This document shows positions 44,224-54,842 of a DNA stretch of 64,000 nt, in pieces. The notes under the pieces are model-generated. The model saw only the letters and a list, made by a program, of their open reading frames with translations. It made no database searches and was not told the DNA's origin. Each line of letters opens with the position of its first letter. The first letter of the stretch is position 1. The stretch lies in the NCBI GenBank assembly GCA_002688415.1, contig NZCX01000021.1, forward strand, positions 6,660 to 70,659, in the 5' to 3' direction. This DNA comes from Candidatus Pacearchaeota archaeon (GTDB lineage Archaea; Nanobdellota; Nanobdellia; Pacearchaeales; GW2011-AR1). The translations under genes and the position numbers were made by a program.

Positions 44224-45609
44224 ATGGGCTTAAAGGATCTTTTACACAATCTTCCAGAGGTTACGGCACCAACGGAAAAGAAAGTAAGTTTTAAAACTGG
44301 AATTAAGTGGACATTAATAATTCTGGTAGCATATTTTATTCTTTCGAACATTACAATGTACGGCATAAGCGAATCTGCCTTAAGCCGTTTTGAATATTTG
44401 GCGATTTTACTTGGTACAACTTTTGGGTCCATCGTATCATTAGGTATTGGTCCAATCGTAATGGCTTCTATTATCCTTCAGCTTTTGGTTGGTTCTCAAA
44501 TACTAAATATCGATACTTCAACAACCGAAGGAAAGAAATTCTTCCAGGGAATACAAAAGCTTCTGGCGATGGCGTTTGTAGTATTCGAATCATTTGTTTA
44601 CGTTTTGATGGGGGGAATCCCAGCATCAAGCCCAGGATTAGTTCCAATTGTAATAGTCCAACTATGTTTGGGTGGTTTTATTATATTATTTATGGATGAG
44701 GTAATCACGAAATGGGGATTCGGATCAGGAATTAGTTTGTTTATTGCAGCAGGTATTGGTTGGAGATTGTTTACGCAACTATTCCAGTTTATGGGATCAA
44801 CAGGCTTTTGCAACATCTTAACCGGAGAAGATTGCATCGGAAATGTTTGGGCATTTGTTGCATCATTGGCCATGGCAGACGGAAGGGGGTCAATGTTGGC
44901 CTTGGTCCCAGTCCTCGTAACGGTGGCACTCTTCTTTTTAGTGGTATTTGCGCAAAGCCTTAAGGTGGAAATTCCTCTTTCATATGATCGGGTAAGAGGC
45001 TATGGAATAAGATGGCCGCTACAATTCTTTTATGCAGGGGTAATCCCAGTTATCCTTGTTTCAGCACTCGTCGCAAACATCCAGTTGCTGGGTAGTCTTT
45101 TGGAGAGCTGGCTAGGACACGAAACATTTCTTGGAACTTTTAGCAACGGAGCTCCTGTCGCAGGGCTAGCATACTGGGTACATTTTTCAAATATTGCAGA
45201 ATCTATAATAAACAACAATTTAATCTGGAAGCAAGTAGCCCAAGCAATACTTCACATTTTATTCTATATGTTCCTTTCAGTTATCTTTGCCTATTTCTGG
45301 GTTATGACTTCTGGCCAGGACGCAAAAAGCCAAGCAGATAGGATAATGAAAAGCGGAATGAGTATTCCAGGGTTTAGAAAGGATCCGAGGGTTTTAGAGT
45401 CAATACTTAAGAGATATGTTGGACCTTTAACCATAATGGGTGGTGCGGCAGTAGGGCTACTTGCAAGTGTGGCAGATTTGTTCGGCGCCCTGGTAGGAGG
45501 AACAGCAATTCTTTTGGCCATTATGATTCTTTATCAATTATACCAAAACATTGCACAACAGTATGCTATGGATATGAATCCAGCAATGAGAAATTTCTTC
45601 GGTGGATAA
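44224..45609 (+). CDS. secY: Preprotein translocase subunit SecY
   Basis: 461 aa, 10 TM; conserved SecY blocks and position after uL15. Confidence 0.9.
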   Translation: MGLKDLLHNLPEVTAPTEKKVSFKTGIKWTLIILVAYFILSNITMYGISESALSRFEYLAILLGTTFGSIVSLGIGPIVMASIILQLLVGSQILNIDTSTTEGKKFFQGIQKLLAMAFVVFESFVYVLMGGIPASSPGLVPIVIVQLCLGGFIILFMDEVITKWGFGSGISLFIAAGIGWRLFTQLFQFMGSTGFCNILTGEDCIGNVWAFVASLAMADGRGSMLALVPVLVTVALFFLVVFAQSLKVEIPLSYDRVRGYGIRWPLQFFYAGVIPVILVSALVANIQLLGSLLESWLGHETFLGTFSNGAPVAGLAYWVHFSNIAESIINNNLIWKQVAQAILHILFYMFLSVIFAYFWVMTSGQDAKSQADRIMKSGMSIPGFRKDPRVLESILKRYVGPLTIMGGAAVGLLASVADLFGALVGGTAILLAIMILYQLYQNIAQQYAMDMNPAMRNFFGG

Positions 45610-45641
45610 TCTTATAAACTCTTCAGTCTCTAAAAAATAAG

Positions 45642-46064
45642 ATGGTGATAGAACAAATAAACAGCTTGGTCCAGGCATATCCAATTTCCGCACTTATTAT
45701 AATCTCGGCAGTTCTTACCCTGATAACTAGCATACTGATGATGCATTTCACAGATCAAGAGCATATCAAAAACCTGAAAAAAAGACAAAAAGAACTACAA
45801 AAAGAACTAAAAGAATGCACAAAGAAAGGGGAGCACTCAAGAATTGGAGAATTGAACAATGAGATGATGGAGCTCACAGGAAAATTAATGAAAGCCTCCT
45901 TTAGCATGAAACAACTGGTAATAACAATGATACCATTCCTATTAATCTTTAGATGGCTAAGAACAATCTACATACCATTATACGGGAATTGGTGGATTCT
46001 TTGGTACATTCTTGCCAGCATGGTCGCAAGCACACTCTATAGAAAAATGTTCAAGATGGCCTAG
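45642..46064 (+). CDS. DUF106-family membrane protein (archaeal Oxa1/YidC-like insertase)
   Basis: 140 aa: TM, then a coiled coil (KKRQKELQKELKE), then TM hairpin. Canonical position after secY. Confidence 0.6.
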   Translation: MVIEQINSLVQAYPISALIIISAVLTLITSILMMHFTDQEHIKNLKKRQKELQKELKECTKKGEHSRIGELNNEMMELTGKLMKASFSMKQLVITMIPFLLIFRWLRTIYIPLYGNWWILWYILASMVASTLYRKMFKMA

Positions 46065-46869
46065 CGGCTTTAGCTCTTCTAATAAACTCCTTTGGCCCAA
46101 GAACACCGAATTCACTTACAATACCATTAACTAATTTTATAGGGGTCTTATCAAAGGCAGGATAAACCACTTCTATCTCTTTTTTATTGTCTTTCCAAAC
46201 TTCTCTCCCGGACCTATTCTCAACTCTAACTTTGTCAGTATATTTCATTGCAGTACCACAACAATATCTTCTAACGCCATGTAGCTTAGCAAGCCTGCAG
46301 AGGGTTGCAGTTCCAATCTTGTTTATTATCTTGTTCTTAGTAAAGGCATCAACTCCGAATAAGAACAAATCACAATTCTTCAAAAGTTGTTCAGCCGATA
46401 GGTCGGGGCCGATGGTTGTTTTTATCCGAGACCTAGCAAGCTCTTTAGCAGTCATCCTTCCCTGAAGCAAAGGCTCAACCTCAATCGTATAAACATGAAA
46501 TTTCTTTTTCTGCTTCTTCGCCTCTTTTAAGATCTCAATAACACTAGATGAATGACAGTGAGTAAAAATATTCATTTTATTCTCGATTAATTTGGCACCT
46601 TCCCGCGCCATTTTCTTACGAGAAGAAAGGGTATTCTTTTTCAGTTGGCTTGCTGTTTTTGCAACATCCTTTGATTTCTTCAGTAGACGAATAAAATTCT
46701 GAAGCAATGGTTCGGTGGGCCTAGCAGATAAAATTTTCTTTGCACATTTCTTTGTAGGGCATTTAATGTATGCTTCAACCCCGGCAAGAGCAACATTTGT
46801 CGCTCCCTGAATCTTTATAGATTTTATATCTTCGACTATACCATCAAAACTATCGCCTCTCTTAGCCAT
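46051..46869 (-). CDS. eIF-2B alpha/beta/delta-family protein (candidate ribose-1,5-bisphosphate isomerase or aIF2B)
   Basis: 272 aa. THCHSSSV...NKIGTATLCRLAKLHGV blocks match the e2b2/MtnA/R15P isomerase family. Confidence 0.7.
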   Translation of the reverse strand: MAKRGDSFDGIVEDIKSIKIQGATNVALAGVEAYIKCPTKKCAKKILSARPTEPLLQNFIRLLKKSKDVAKTASQLKKNTLSSRKKMAREGAKLIENKMNIFTHCHSSSVIEILKEAKKQKKKFHVYTIEVEPLLQGRMTAKELARSRIKTTIGPDLSAEQLLKNCDLFLFGVDAFTKNKIINKIGTATLCRLAKLHGVRRYCCGTAMKYTDKVRVENRSGREVWKDNKKEIEVVYPAFDKTPIKLVNGIVSEFGVLGPKEFIRRAKAARPS

Positions 46870-46963
46870 AGACTATAGGGTAGAAGGCCATATAAAAAAG
46901 TTGTTATTTCCCAAAACCCTTAAAAACAACCATAGCCAAGGATTAATATGCTTGAGGTGAGAA

Positions 46964-47833
46964 ATGTTTGAAATGATTATCAAGCCCAAAAGGGCAGAGC
47001 GAAAACCATGGGAAATGTTCTTCATAGGTTTAATCTATGCAACAATTTCCCTGCTGTTAGTAAATTTTGTTTTTCGGATGGATGATGTATTAAAAGAAGG
47101 CTCCGGATTACTTCTAGTGCTTTTTACAGTGATGTTCTGTCTTCCCTTTGTTTATTTTCTGATAAAACTCGAAGAAGGAAAAGACGTTGAGATTACAGAT
47201 TCTGGAAAACTAATCAAAGAACATTCAAAAGCAATCTCTGCATTAATCTGGCTTTTCCTAGGATTTGTTGTAGCTTTTTCAATAGGATATATTGTGCTAG
47301 GAGACTCCGCCCCTGCAAACTTCAATTTTCAAATTAAAACCTACTGTATGATAAATAGTCCTCAAAACTATGACTACTGCCTGAATCAATATGGGCTTAT
47401 CAGCGGGGCGGCAACAAACACAACTTACTTTATGAAAATTCTAGTAAACAATCTCCAAGTGATGATCTTCACACTTTTATTCTCGCTGATTTTTGGAGCA
47501 GGGGCGATATTCATCTTGGTATGGAACGCGTCCGTCATAGCGGCAGCCATCGGAATCTTCGCAAAACAAGGACTTTGGAATTTACCTTGCGCTTACATTC
47601 GTTATTTAATTCATGGAATTCCCGAAATCGCAGCATATTTCATCGCCGCACTTGCTGGAGGAATAATTTCCGTGGCAATTATTCGAAAGGACCTGCATGA
47701 CGAAAGACTCTGGGGAATATTACAAGATGCCCTAATGTTATTCATAATTGCGATCATAGTTCTCATAATCTCTGGCCTAATGGAAGTTTATTTAACACCC
47801 GGCATAACTAGTTTCTTCAGTTGCAATCCATAA
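46964..47833 (+). CDS. DUF95/SpoIIM-like membrane protein
   Basis: 289 aa, multiple TM; HGIPEIAAYFIAALAGG resembles the DUF95 signature. Confidence 0.4.
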   Translation: MFEMIIKPKRAERKPWEMFFIGLIYATISLLLVNFVFRMDDVLKEGSGLLLVLFTVMFCLPFVYFLIKLEEGKDVEITDSGKLIKEHSKAISALIWLFLGFVVAFSIGYIVLGDSAPANFNFQIKTYCMINSPQNYDYCLNQYGLISGAATNTTYFMKILVNNLQVMIFTLLFSLIFGAGAIFILVWNASVIAAAIGIFAKQGLWNLPCAYIRYLIHGIPEIAAYFIAALAGGIISVAIIRKDLHDERLWGILQDALMLFIIAIIVLIISGLMEVYLTPGITSFFSCNP

Positions 47834-47864
47834 ACTTTTTAACCTTCCAAATCCCATATAACTC

Positions 47865-48884
47865 ATGGACTATCTCCTCTTAATAGCAATCTTGGTAAGT
47901 TTAGTTTCAACCCTCTTATTTTTACCACGTTGGATTTCAAAAACAAGAAAAATTGATTTAACATGGAGAGATATGAACAAATTCGGACATCCAAAAAATG
48001 TCTCGGCTAGCGGGGGAATAATAGTGGTATTTGCATTTGCAATATCTACATTAATTTATCTGGGTCTAAAGACTTTTATTTACGCACCTTCAATTCATCA
48101 AACAAAGATCTTAGCAGTTTTAGCCGTAGTATTATTCTATGCCTTAATAGGTTTAACAGACGATTTACTGGGGTGGAAACACGGGGGATTAACAAAGCGC
48201 TCAAGGATACTTTTGGCAATTCTGGCCTCAATTCCTCTTGCAGTAATAAATGCAGGTAATTCAACAGTCTCACTTCCATTCTTCGGAGGGATAAATCTCG
48301 GAATTTATTTTCCACTTATAGTCGTTCCATTGGCCGTTGCATTTGTTGCGACAACATATAATTTTCTAGCAGGATTCAATGGGCTTGAGACAGGACTTGG
48401 AATAATGATTCTATCTTTCGCAAGTTTCGTAGCATATGTCACAGGGTCTCCCTGGCTGGCCGTAATCGGACTTTGTATGGTGGCTTCCCTGATAGTTTTC
48501 CTCTTCTTTAACTGGTTTCCTGCAAAAGTCTTCTCAGGAGATGTAATGACTTATGCTATCGGTGCACTATTTATTTCAATGGCCATTTTAGGAAACTTTG
48601 AACGAATAGCAATAATAGTCTTTATTCCATTTGCAATAGAAGCAATCCTAAAGGTCTTAAGGGGAAAAGGCAGAAAACATTCCTTCGGAAAACCAGATAA
48701 AGATAATCACCTTGAAATGCCTTACAAAAAAATCTACGGTCTAACACACTTCTCAATATGGTTTTTGAAAAAAATCAAAAGAAATGCAACAGAAGTAAGA
48801 GTTGTTTTCTTAATTTATATTATGCAATTAGTTTTTATCCTCCTGGCGATAATTTATCTTATGCTTCGAGGAGGTCTAGTTTAA
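47865..48884 (+). CDS. aglH: Glycosyltransferase family 4 polyprenyl-phosphate HexNAc-1-phosphate transferase (AglH/WecA/MraY-like)
   Basis: 339 aa, about 10 TM. GLTDDLLGWKHGGLTKRSR and NFLAGFNGLETGLG motifs of the MraY/WecA/GPT family. Confidence 0.75.
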   Translation: MDYLLLIAILVSLVSTLLFLPRWISKTRKIDLTWRDMNKFGHPKNVSASGGIIVVFAFAISTLIYLGLKTFIYAPSIHQTKILAVLAVVLFYALIGLTDDLLGWKHGGLTKRSRILLAILASIPLAVINAGNSTVSLPFFGGINLGIYFPLIVVPLAVAFVATTYNFLAGFNGLETGLGIMILSFASFVAYVTGSPWLAVIGLCMVASLIVFLFFNWFPAKVFSGDVMTYAIGALFISMAILGNFERIAIIVFIPFAIEAILKVLRGKGRKHSFGKPDKDNHLEMPYKKIYGLTHFSIWFLKKIKRNATEVRVVFLIYIMQLVFILLAIIYLMLRGGLV

Positions 48885-48885
48885 A

Positions 48886-49548
48886 ATGCAACAAGAAGTG
48901 AATAAGTATTTAACAAAAGTTTATCTTTGGATGGGAATCGGGCTTTTACTCTCTGCATTATTCGCTTTCTTCGTCTATATCTCTCCACAACTCCAACAGT
49001 TCATTTTTGGCAACATGATTACTTTTTGGATTTTAATTATCTTCGAACTTGGGCTAGTTGTAATGATCTCGGGAATTATAAAATCTGTATCTTCAAAAAC
49101 AGCGACGGGACTCTTCTTTCTTTACTCTGCCTTAAATGGTTTAACACTCTCAGCAATTTTGTTCATCTATCAAATTCAATCAATCTTTTTCGTGTTCATA
49201 ATCGCTGCCGCAATGTTTTTTGCAATGGCTGTTTACGGAGCAACAACTAAAAGAGACTTAAGTGGCTGGGGTAAAATTCTCTTCGGGGTTTTAATCGGAC
49301 TTATAATCGCCCTCCTGATAAACATGTTTTTAAGAAGCGCAGCATTCGATTTCTGGCTGGCAATCATCGGAGTAATTCTCTTTGCAGGATTAACGGCGTA
49401 CGATAACCAGAAGCTCATAAAAATCTTCAAAAGCATAAAAGATAAGGAGAAAATAGCACGTTGGACAATTATTGGTGCACTTTCACTATATTTGGATTTC
49501 ATTAACCTTTTCTTAAGTTTACTAAGGCTGATTGGCGAGAGAAGATAA
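48886..49548 (+). CDS. Bax inhibitor-1/YccA family membrane protein
   Basis: 220 aa, 7 TM. YGATTKRDLS and ...YLDFINLFLSLLRLIG mirror YccA/BI-1 conserved blocks. Confidence 0.7.
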   Translation: MQQEVNKYLTKVYLWMGIGLLLSALFAFFVYISPQLQQFIFGNMITFWILIIFELGLVVMISGIIKSVSSKTATGLFFLYSALNGLTLSAILFIYQIQSIFFVFIIAAAMFFAMAVYGATTKRDLSGWGKILFGVLIGLIIALLINMFLRSAAFDFWLAIIGVILFAGLTAYDNQKLIKIFKSIKDKEKIARWTIIGALSLYLDFINLFLSLLRLIGERR

Positions 49549-49578
49549 CTTTTTAAACTAAATTCATTAAGGTTAACT

Positions 49579-52278
49579 ATGAAAAAAGATGATTTTAAAG
49601 ATATAAAACTTTTTGTCTCTAATCCAAAGTTCCAATGGGCCTTAACCATAATTCTACTTTTAATTGTAATCTCTCTGAGTGCAAATATCAGATTATCAAA
49701 TTTAGATAATCTAAAAGATTCAACAACCGGAGAGTATATCCCCTTAGCTTTGGATCCATTTTATTTTCTGAGAGTTACACAAACACTAGCTGAGCCTGGA
49801 CCAATACCAGAGACAGACGCCATGAGATATTTTCCGGGAAGTGAAACGCAATGGCTTTCCGAGATCATGCCGAATGTGAATCTTGCAATTTATAAAGCAT
49901 TTTCACCAATTTTCCCCGGAACTCTTGAGTTTTACCACGTAATCTCCCCAGTAATCTATTATATCTTTGGACTTGCATTATTTTTTGCACTTGTTTGTAT
50001 CATAACAAAGAAAAAGTCTCTAGCAGTAATTGCATCCACCTTTCTTGCATTTAATCCAGCATACCTCTATCGTACAATGGCTGGGTTTGCAGACCATGAA
50101 TCTATCGGAATGGTTGCGTTTTTTCTTACACTTCTTATTTATTCCATCGCCCTGTATTACCTAGACCATAAAAAATCTAAACATTACAAAACAGCCCTGT
50201 GGGGGCTGGCAGTCGGATTTACTACGGCATTAACAATCGCCTCGTGGGCAGGGGTGGCAAAATTCCTCTTCATCATAATTCCCCTAAGTCTTTTTTTAGT
50301 TTATTTATTTAATATAAAGAAGACAGAAGGTTTTTCTACAAAAATTATTCCATTTTACGTATTTTGGATAGTTTCTACAGGGCTATTTGGAGGATTGCTT
50401 GGACAGGGAATAATAAAAACCTTTAATTCATTCCTTCAATCTCAAGCGATAATCTCTCTTGCAATCTTCGGTTTTATTCTTATTGATGCTCTTCTAATAA
50501 ACTTAAATTTTAAAAAGATAAAAGAAAAGTTTAGAACCTTATATTCTTTAATCGCCACAGGAATTCTAGGATTTTTTGCCCTCCCAATAATTGGAAAAAA
50601 TCCTATAACTTTAATCTCAGAGATAGTTAACTCATTAATCGCCCCATTCAGGGGTGCTGCAGGGGGAACAAGACTTGGTGCAACAGTTGCAGAAAATGCA
50701 CAACCATTTCTGAATACTTGGATTTCCCAGATGACTCCAACAATTTTCTGGTTATTCTTTTTAGGAGTAGTCTTATTTGGAATTCTTCTAGCAAGAAAAA
50801 TAAAAAGTTTAAAACATTCAATTTACTTTGGCGCAGCATATCTCTTTATGGTTTGTGGGATAATATTCTCGAAATATTCTGCGTCAAGTTTATTCAATGG
50901 AGATAATTTCATCAGTCAGGCATTTTACATAATCTCGCTATTAACTTTCTGGATTTATTTCTTCTATCTCTATACAAAAAAAGAATTTTCTTGGACTGGG
51001 CAGGACGCACTATTATTTGCACTAATGTTCTTTACAATTGTTTCTGGAAGGGCAGCAGCGAGAGTATTCTTCTTAATAACTCCTTTCGTCTGTTTATTCG
51101 CAGCCTATCTCCTAGTTGAATTATTTGAATTAATAAAAAAGAATAAGGATTTAACTTTTAGAATCTCCCTGGGAGTAATATTACTATTATCACTTATTCC
51201 TGCCATTACTGGAACCTATGACAATTACAATTCCTTAGACTCCTCGGCACAATTTACCTCACCATCAGCACACATACAATGGCAAGAGGCAATGAGGTGG
51301 GTAAGGGAAAACACGGCTGAAGATGCAGTATTCAGTCATTGGTGGGATTACGGTTATTGGGTTGAATCCCTTGGAGAAAGAAGAACAATTGCAGATGGTG
51401 GACATTTTCAAGGAGAATATTCTAATCATAAAATAGGAAGGTACATCTTAACCACTCCAAATCCAGAGACGGCATACTCAATGTTCAAATCACTTGAAAC
51501 AACTCATTTATTAATTGATCCAACCGACCTCGGAAAATATGGGGCTTATTCAAAGATTGGAGGAGATTTAAATTATGATCGGTTTAGTTCGTTACCTGTT
51601 GGATCCTATGATTCTAAACAAATCCAGGAAACAAAAGACCATCTAGTGATTCCCTATTCTTTAAATGGTTTTGTCGACGAGGATATAATTTACAATAACA
51701 ATGGAACAGAGATCTTTTTGCCTGGCCCAACCTTTGATGAGTATGGAAACCCCTCAGCAAAATCGTTCATAATTGGTTTTATCTTAAAAAGAACAGATGC
51801 AAATATTCAGCAACCAGAGGCAGTGTATTTCCATAACAATAACCAATACAATATCCCCCTAAGGTATGTTTATTTAAACGAAAGACTAATTGATTTTGGT
51901 TCAGGGCTAGATGCTGTAATTGATTTTATTCCTTCAGTAAATCAAGGGGCTCAGGGAGTTTCAATTGACCCCTTCGGGGCAGCAATTTATCTATCCCCTA
52001 AGGTAAGGGATTCCCTATTCGCTCAAGTTTATTTATTGGATGATGCTTTCGGAAACTACAACGACTTAAGTCTTGTGCACGAAGAGGACAGCCAGGTTGT
52101 AGAATCTTTAAAGCAACAGGGAGCATTAACTTCGGAATTTATTTATTACCAAGGATTGCAAGGACCAATTAAAATATGGGAGACAGGTTACCCTGCAGAG
52201 ACAGAGATGTTAGAGGGGCTAGTCCATCACAACGAGGCTGGCAATTGTTATGGGTGTCTTGACGGACTGTGGGAATGA
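49579..52278 (+). CDS. aglB: Oligosaccharyltransferase AglB (STT3 homologue)
   Basis: 899 aa. N-terminal 13-TM domain and the catalytic WWDYGYW motif (HWWDYGYWVESLG). Confidence 0.9.
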   Translation: MKKDDFKDIKLFVSNPKFQWALTIILLLIVISLSANIRLSNLDNLKDSTTGEYIPLALDPFYFLRVTQTLAEPGPIPETDAMRYFPGSETQWLSEIMPNVNLAIYKAFSPIFPGTLEFYHVISPVIYYIFGLALFFALVCIITKKKSLAVIASTFLAFNPAYLYRTMAGFADHESIGMVAFFLTLLIYSIALYYLDHKKSKHYKTALWGLAVGFTTALTIASWAGVAKFLFIIIPLSLFLVYLFNIKKTEGFSTKIIPFYVFWIVSTGLFGGLLGQGIIKTFNSFLQSQAIISLAIFGFILIDALLINLNFKKIKEKFRTLYSLIATGILGFFALPIIGKNPITLISEIVNSLIAPFRGAAGGTRLGATVAENAQPFLNTWISQMTPTIFWLFFLGVVLFGILLARKIKSLKHSIYFGAAYLFMVCGIIFSKYSASSLFNGDNFISQAFYIISLLTFWIYFFYLYTKKEFSWTGQDALLFALMFFTIVSGRAAARVFFLITPFVCLFAAYLLVELFELIKKNKDLTFRISLGVILLLSLIPAITGTYDNYNSLDSSAQFTSPSAHIQWQEAMRWVRENTAEDAVFSHWWDYGYWVESLGERRTIADGGHFQGEYSNHKIGRYILTTPNPETAYSMFKSLETTHLLIDPTDLGKYGAYSKIGGDLNYDRFSSLPVGSYDSKQIQETKDHLVIPYSLNGFVDEDIIYNNNGTEIFLPGPTFDEYGNPSAKSFIIGFILKRTDANIQQPEAVYFHNNNQYNIPLRYVYLNERLIDFGSGLDAVIDFIPSVNQGAQGVSIDPFGAAIYLSPKVRDSLFAQVYLLDDAFGNYNDLSLVHEEDSQVVESLKQQGALTSEFIYYQGLQGPIKIWETGYPAETEMLEGLVHHNEAGNCYGCLDGLWE

Positions 52279-52874
52279 GGAGATTTAAGAAATGGGGAGA
52301 CAATCTTAATAAAAAAGAGCAAATAGCTCAGTTAAGGGAGCGATATGAATATAAAAACTTTAAAACAAATGAGCCGGTTTTAGATATCGGGGGAGGGGGC
52401 GGTTTTTTTCTAGAGTCACAAGGAATAAAAGAGGCCACAATAATTGATTTTACAAAAAATAAAAATCCGAAATTCAAGTATATCTCGGCAGATATAACAA
52501 AGGAATTACCCAAGTTAAAAGAAAAATTCAAAACAATTTTCATCACAGAGGTTTTAGAGCACCTAAAAAATCCGCTGTATTTACTTGCCCAGGTTTATGA
52601 CTTCCTAGGTGAGGAAGGAGTATGCTACATCTCAATACCCTATACAGAAATAGGGCCAGAACACCACCATGTCTGTCGTTGGAAGAAAAATGAAATATTG
52701 GATCAAACAAGAAAGCTGGGATTCGATTCGAAAATCATTATGTCTCGAAGAAGATTTAGGGGGTTAGGTTTCTGGTTGCCTAACTCTTGGCTAGTTTTAG
52801 CATTAAGAACAAGAGCGAAGAATACAAACAAAAAAAATCTACAAGCTTATAATGGGGATGAAGAATTAGTCTAG
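52269..52874 (+). CDS. Class I SAM-dependent methyltransferase
   Basis: VLDIGGGGGFF motif I. Confidence 0.6.
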   Translation: MGMRRFKKWGDNLNKKEQIAQLRERYEYKNFKTNEPVLDIGGGGGFFLESQGIKEATIIDFTKNKNPKFKYISADITKELPKLKEKFKTIFITEVLEHLKNPLYLLAQVYDFLGEEGVCYISIPYTEIGPEHHHVCRWKKNEILDQTRKLGFDSKIIMSRRRFRGLGFWLPNSWLVLALRTRAKNTNKKNLQAYNGDEELV

Positions 52875-53971
52875 TCTTCCAATGCGCCAATATAAATCTT
52901 TTCAAGCTTTTCATTCCGTTTCTTTATAGAAAATTTCCCATCAATAAATTGTTTTTGAGCTGCCTTGGACATTTTTTTTAAGAGTTTTTTATTGAGGTAT
53001 AATAATTCAATTTTCTTTATCATCTCTCTTATTGCAGCTTCACTAAATTCCCTTCTCTCTAGATTTACGTTTTTATCTTCAATAATAAATCCAGTTTTAT
53101 TATTAGCTATGGTTTCATTGACAGTATGTGTCGATGCTGTTTTTGTGGCTATGACTGGTAAGCCAAAGGACTGGGCCTCAAGAATCGCAAAACCTAATGT
53201 GTCTGAGAAAGTAGGATATAAAAAGACATCAGCGCTAGGATAAAATAATTCAAATAAGTTTTCCTGCGTAACCAACTGATGCAAGTCTATTCTTTCTGAA
53301 TTTTTATATTTTTTTAAGAGACCGGGAGGGATATCTCCAATTAAGATTCCTTGGATATCTTTAAATCTTCTAGTAAGGTCTTCAATAGCCTTAAGCGCAA
53401 CATAGCCTCCCTTTCCTTTAAAATCTCGTCCGATAAATAAAATCTTAAATGGGCCGGATTTCTCTTCTTTCTTCTTTCTTATAGGCATTGCAGGATAAAC
53501 TAGCTCAACTTTTTCATGAATCTCTGGAAATCTTTCTAAAATATTTTTTTTAGACCATTCAGACCAAGGGAGTATTTTTTTACAGTGTGAAGATTCTAGG
53601 ATTCTAAGAATCTTTCTCCGAGAAGACTTTTTGTTTATGCTTGCCCAAAATTGATCCGCAAATTCTATATCTGCAACCCAAGGTTTCTTATTCAAGCTAA
53701 GACAGTGTGCACAATGGATCAAATTGAATTTGGTCGAAGATTTTGTAAGGTGTGCATTTGGTAGGGAAGGATAAAAGCTACGTATAAGATTTCTCGCAAA
53801 CCTCTTAAATCGGATATTTTGCCAAAGCTTTTCTTTCTCAGTAACAATTTCTCTTTTTCCATTCATATATGTTACGTTTCTTGGGGGAAAATCAATCAGG
53901 TTTTTATAATAGGCACTATCTGACGATTTCCAAGGGTACTGCATATGCACACCAATCTCTTTTATTGCCAT
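52871..53971 (-). CDS. Glycosyltransferase, GT4 (group 1) family
   Basis: 366 aa; C-terminal GT-B half with the E-x7-E-like region (GFAILEAQSFGLPVIATK). Confidence 0.7.
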   Translation of the reverse strand: MAIKEIGVHMQYPWKSSDSAYYKNLIDFPPRNVTYMNGKREIVTEKEKLWQNIRFKRFARNLIRSFYPSLPNAHLTKSSTKFNLIHCAHCLSLNKKPWVADIEFADQFWASINKKSSRRKILRILESSHCKKILPWSEWSKKNILERFPEIHEKVELVYPAMPIRKKKEEKSGPFKILFIGRDFKGKGGYVALKAIEDLTRRFKDIQGILIGDIPPGLLKKYKNSERIDLHQLVTQENLFELFYPSADVFLYPTFSDTLGFAILEAQSFGLPVIATKTASTHTVNETIANNKTGFIIEDKNVNLERREFSEAAIREMIKKIELLYLNKKLLKKMSKAAQKQFIDGKFSIKKRNEKLEKIYIGALED

Positions 53972-54004
53972 AAACTTTATTAAGGATCAAGGTATTTAAG
54001 GGTT

Positions 54005-54763
54005 ATGAAAATAATCCGAAAAAAAGGAGTAATAAAGAATCTTCTAAATTTGCCGGCCCCTGTAAAGAAAAAGCTTTTTGGGCTAAGGGATTTTGAAGGG
54101 GCATATATCACTGCAACTCTTGTTGGAAAAAAAAAGAAGGTGTTAAATGTTGGCTGTCTTTGGGGAAGAGAAAATTTTTTTTTAACTTCTCTTGGTAAAG
54201 AAGTTATAAATCTTGATCTTGGAAAACAAAAGGTTCCAAACCTTGTAATTGGAGATATATCTAAAAGAACTCCATTTAAAGATAATGAGTTTGATGCGAT
54301 TGTTATGGGGGAGATAATAGAACATGTTTTTGAGGATGTCCGGGCGCTGGAAGAGATTAGGAGAATTTTAAAGGATGACGGATGTCTCGTATTAACAGTT
54401 CCTTATTTCGACGATAACCCCTCTTATCACGTTCGAATGCATTCAAAGAGAACCATAAAAAGGCTTCTTGAAAATTGTGGGTTTAGAGTTCAAGAGGAGG
54501 TAACGAGGGGGGGTTTAATTTCATTATCAAAATTATTCGTTTTGCCTTCTCTAATTTTAAAATATTTGAATAAGCCATTAAGAGTAAGATATCTAATGTT
54601 CCTTTCAGAACTTGATTATATTTTAGGAAACAAGAAGCCTTTTTTATTCAAATTCTCAAAGTCTTACGGAGGATATTTTCTGTGCACTAAGGGGAAGAAT
54701 AAGGATTTTGTAGGGGTTAATACCAAGTCTTTTATAAAAAGGCCAAACAGTCTCAAGGATTAG
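54005..54763 (+). CDS. Class I SAM-dependent methyltransferase
   Basis: VLNVGCLWGRE motif I; post-I acidic residue DL. Confidence 0.55.
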   Translation: MKIIRKKGVIKNLLNLPAPVKKKLFGLRDFEGAYITATLVGKKKKVLNVGCLWGRENFFLTSLGKEVINLDLGKQKVPNLVIGDISKRTPFKDNEFDAIVMGEIIEHVFEDVRALEEIRRILKDDGCLVLTVPYFDDNPSYHVRMHSKRTIKRLLENCGFRVQEEVTRGGLISLSKLFVLPSLILKYLNKPLRVRYLMFLSELDYILGNKKPFLFKFSKSYGGYFLCTKGKNKDFVGVNTKSFIKRPNSLKD

Positions 54764-54842
54764 AGTTCTTTAAGTATTAAAGTCTTTTTTATTATTTTAT
54801 TAAAAAGAACACAATCTTTTTAAGTGCATACCTCTCATAGTA

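Noticed and set aside
45610-45641. Expected adenylate kinase gene after secY
   Set aside because: Only a 32-bp spacer (with a TTATAAA box) separates secY from the DUF106 gene; adk is not present at this locus.
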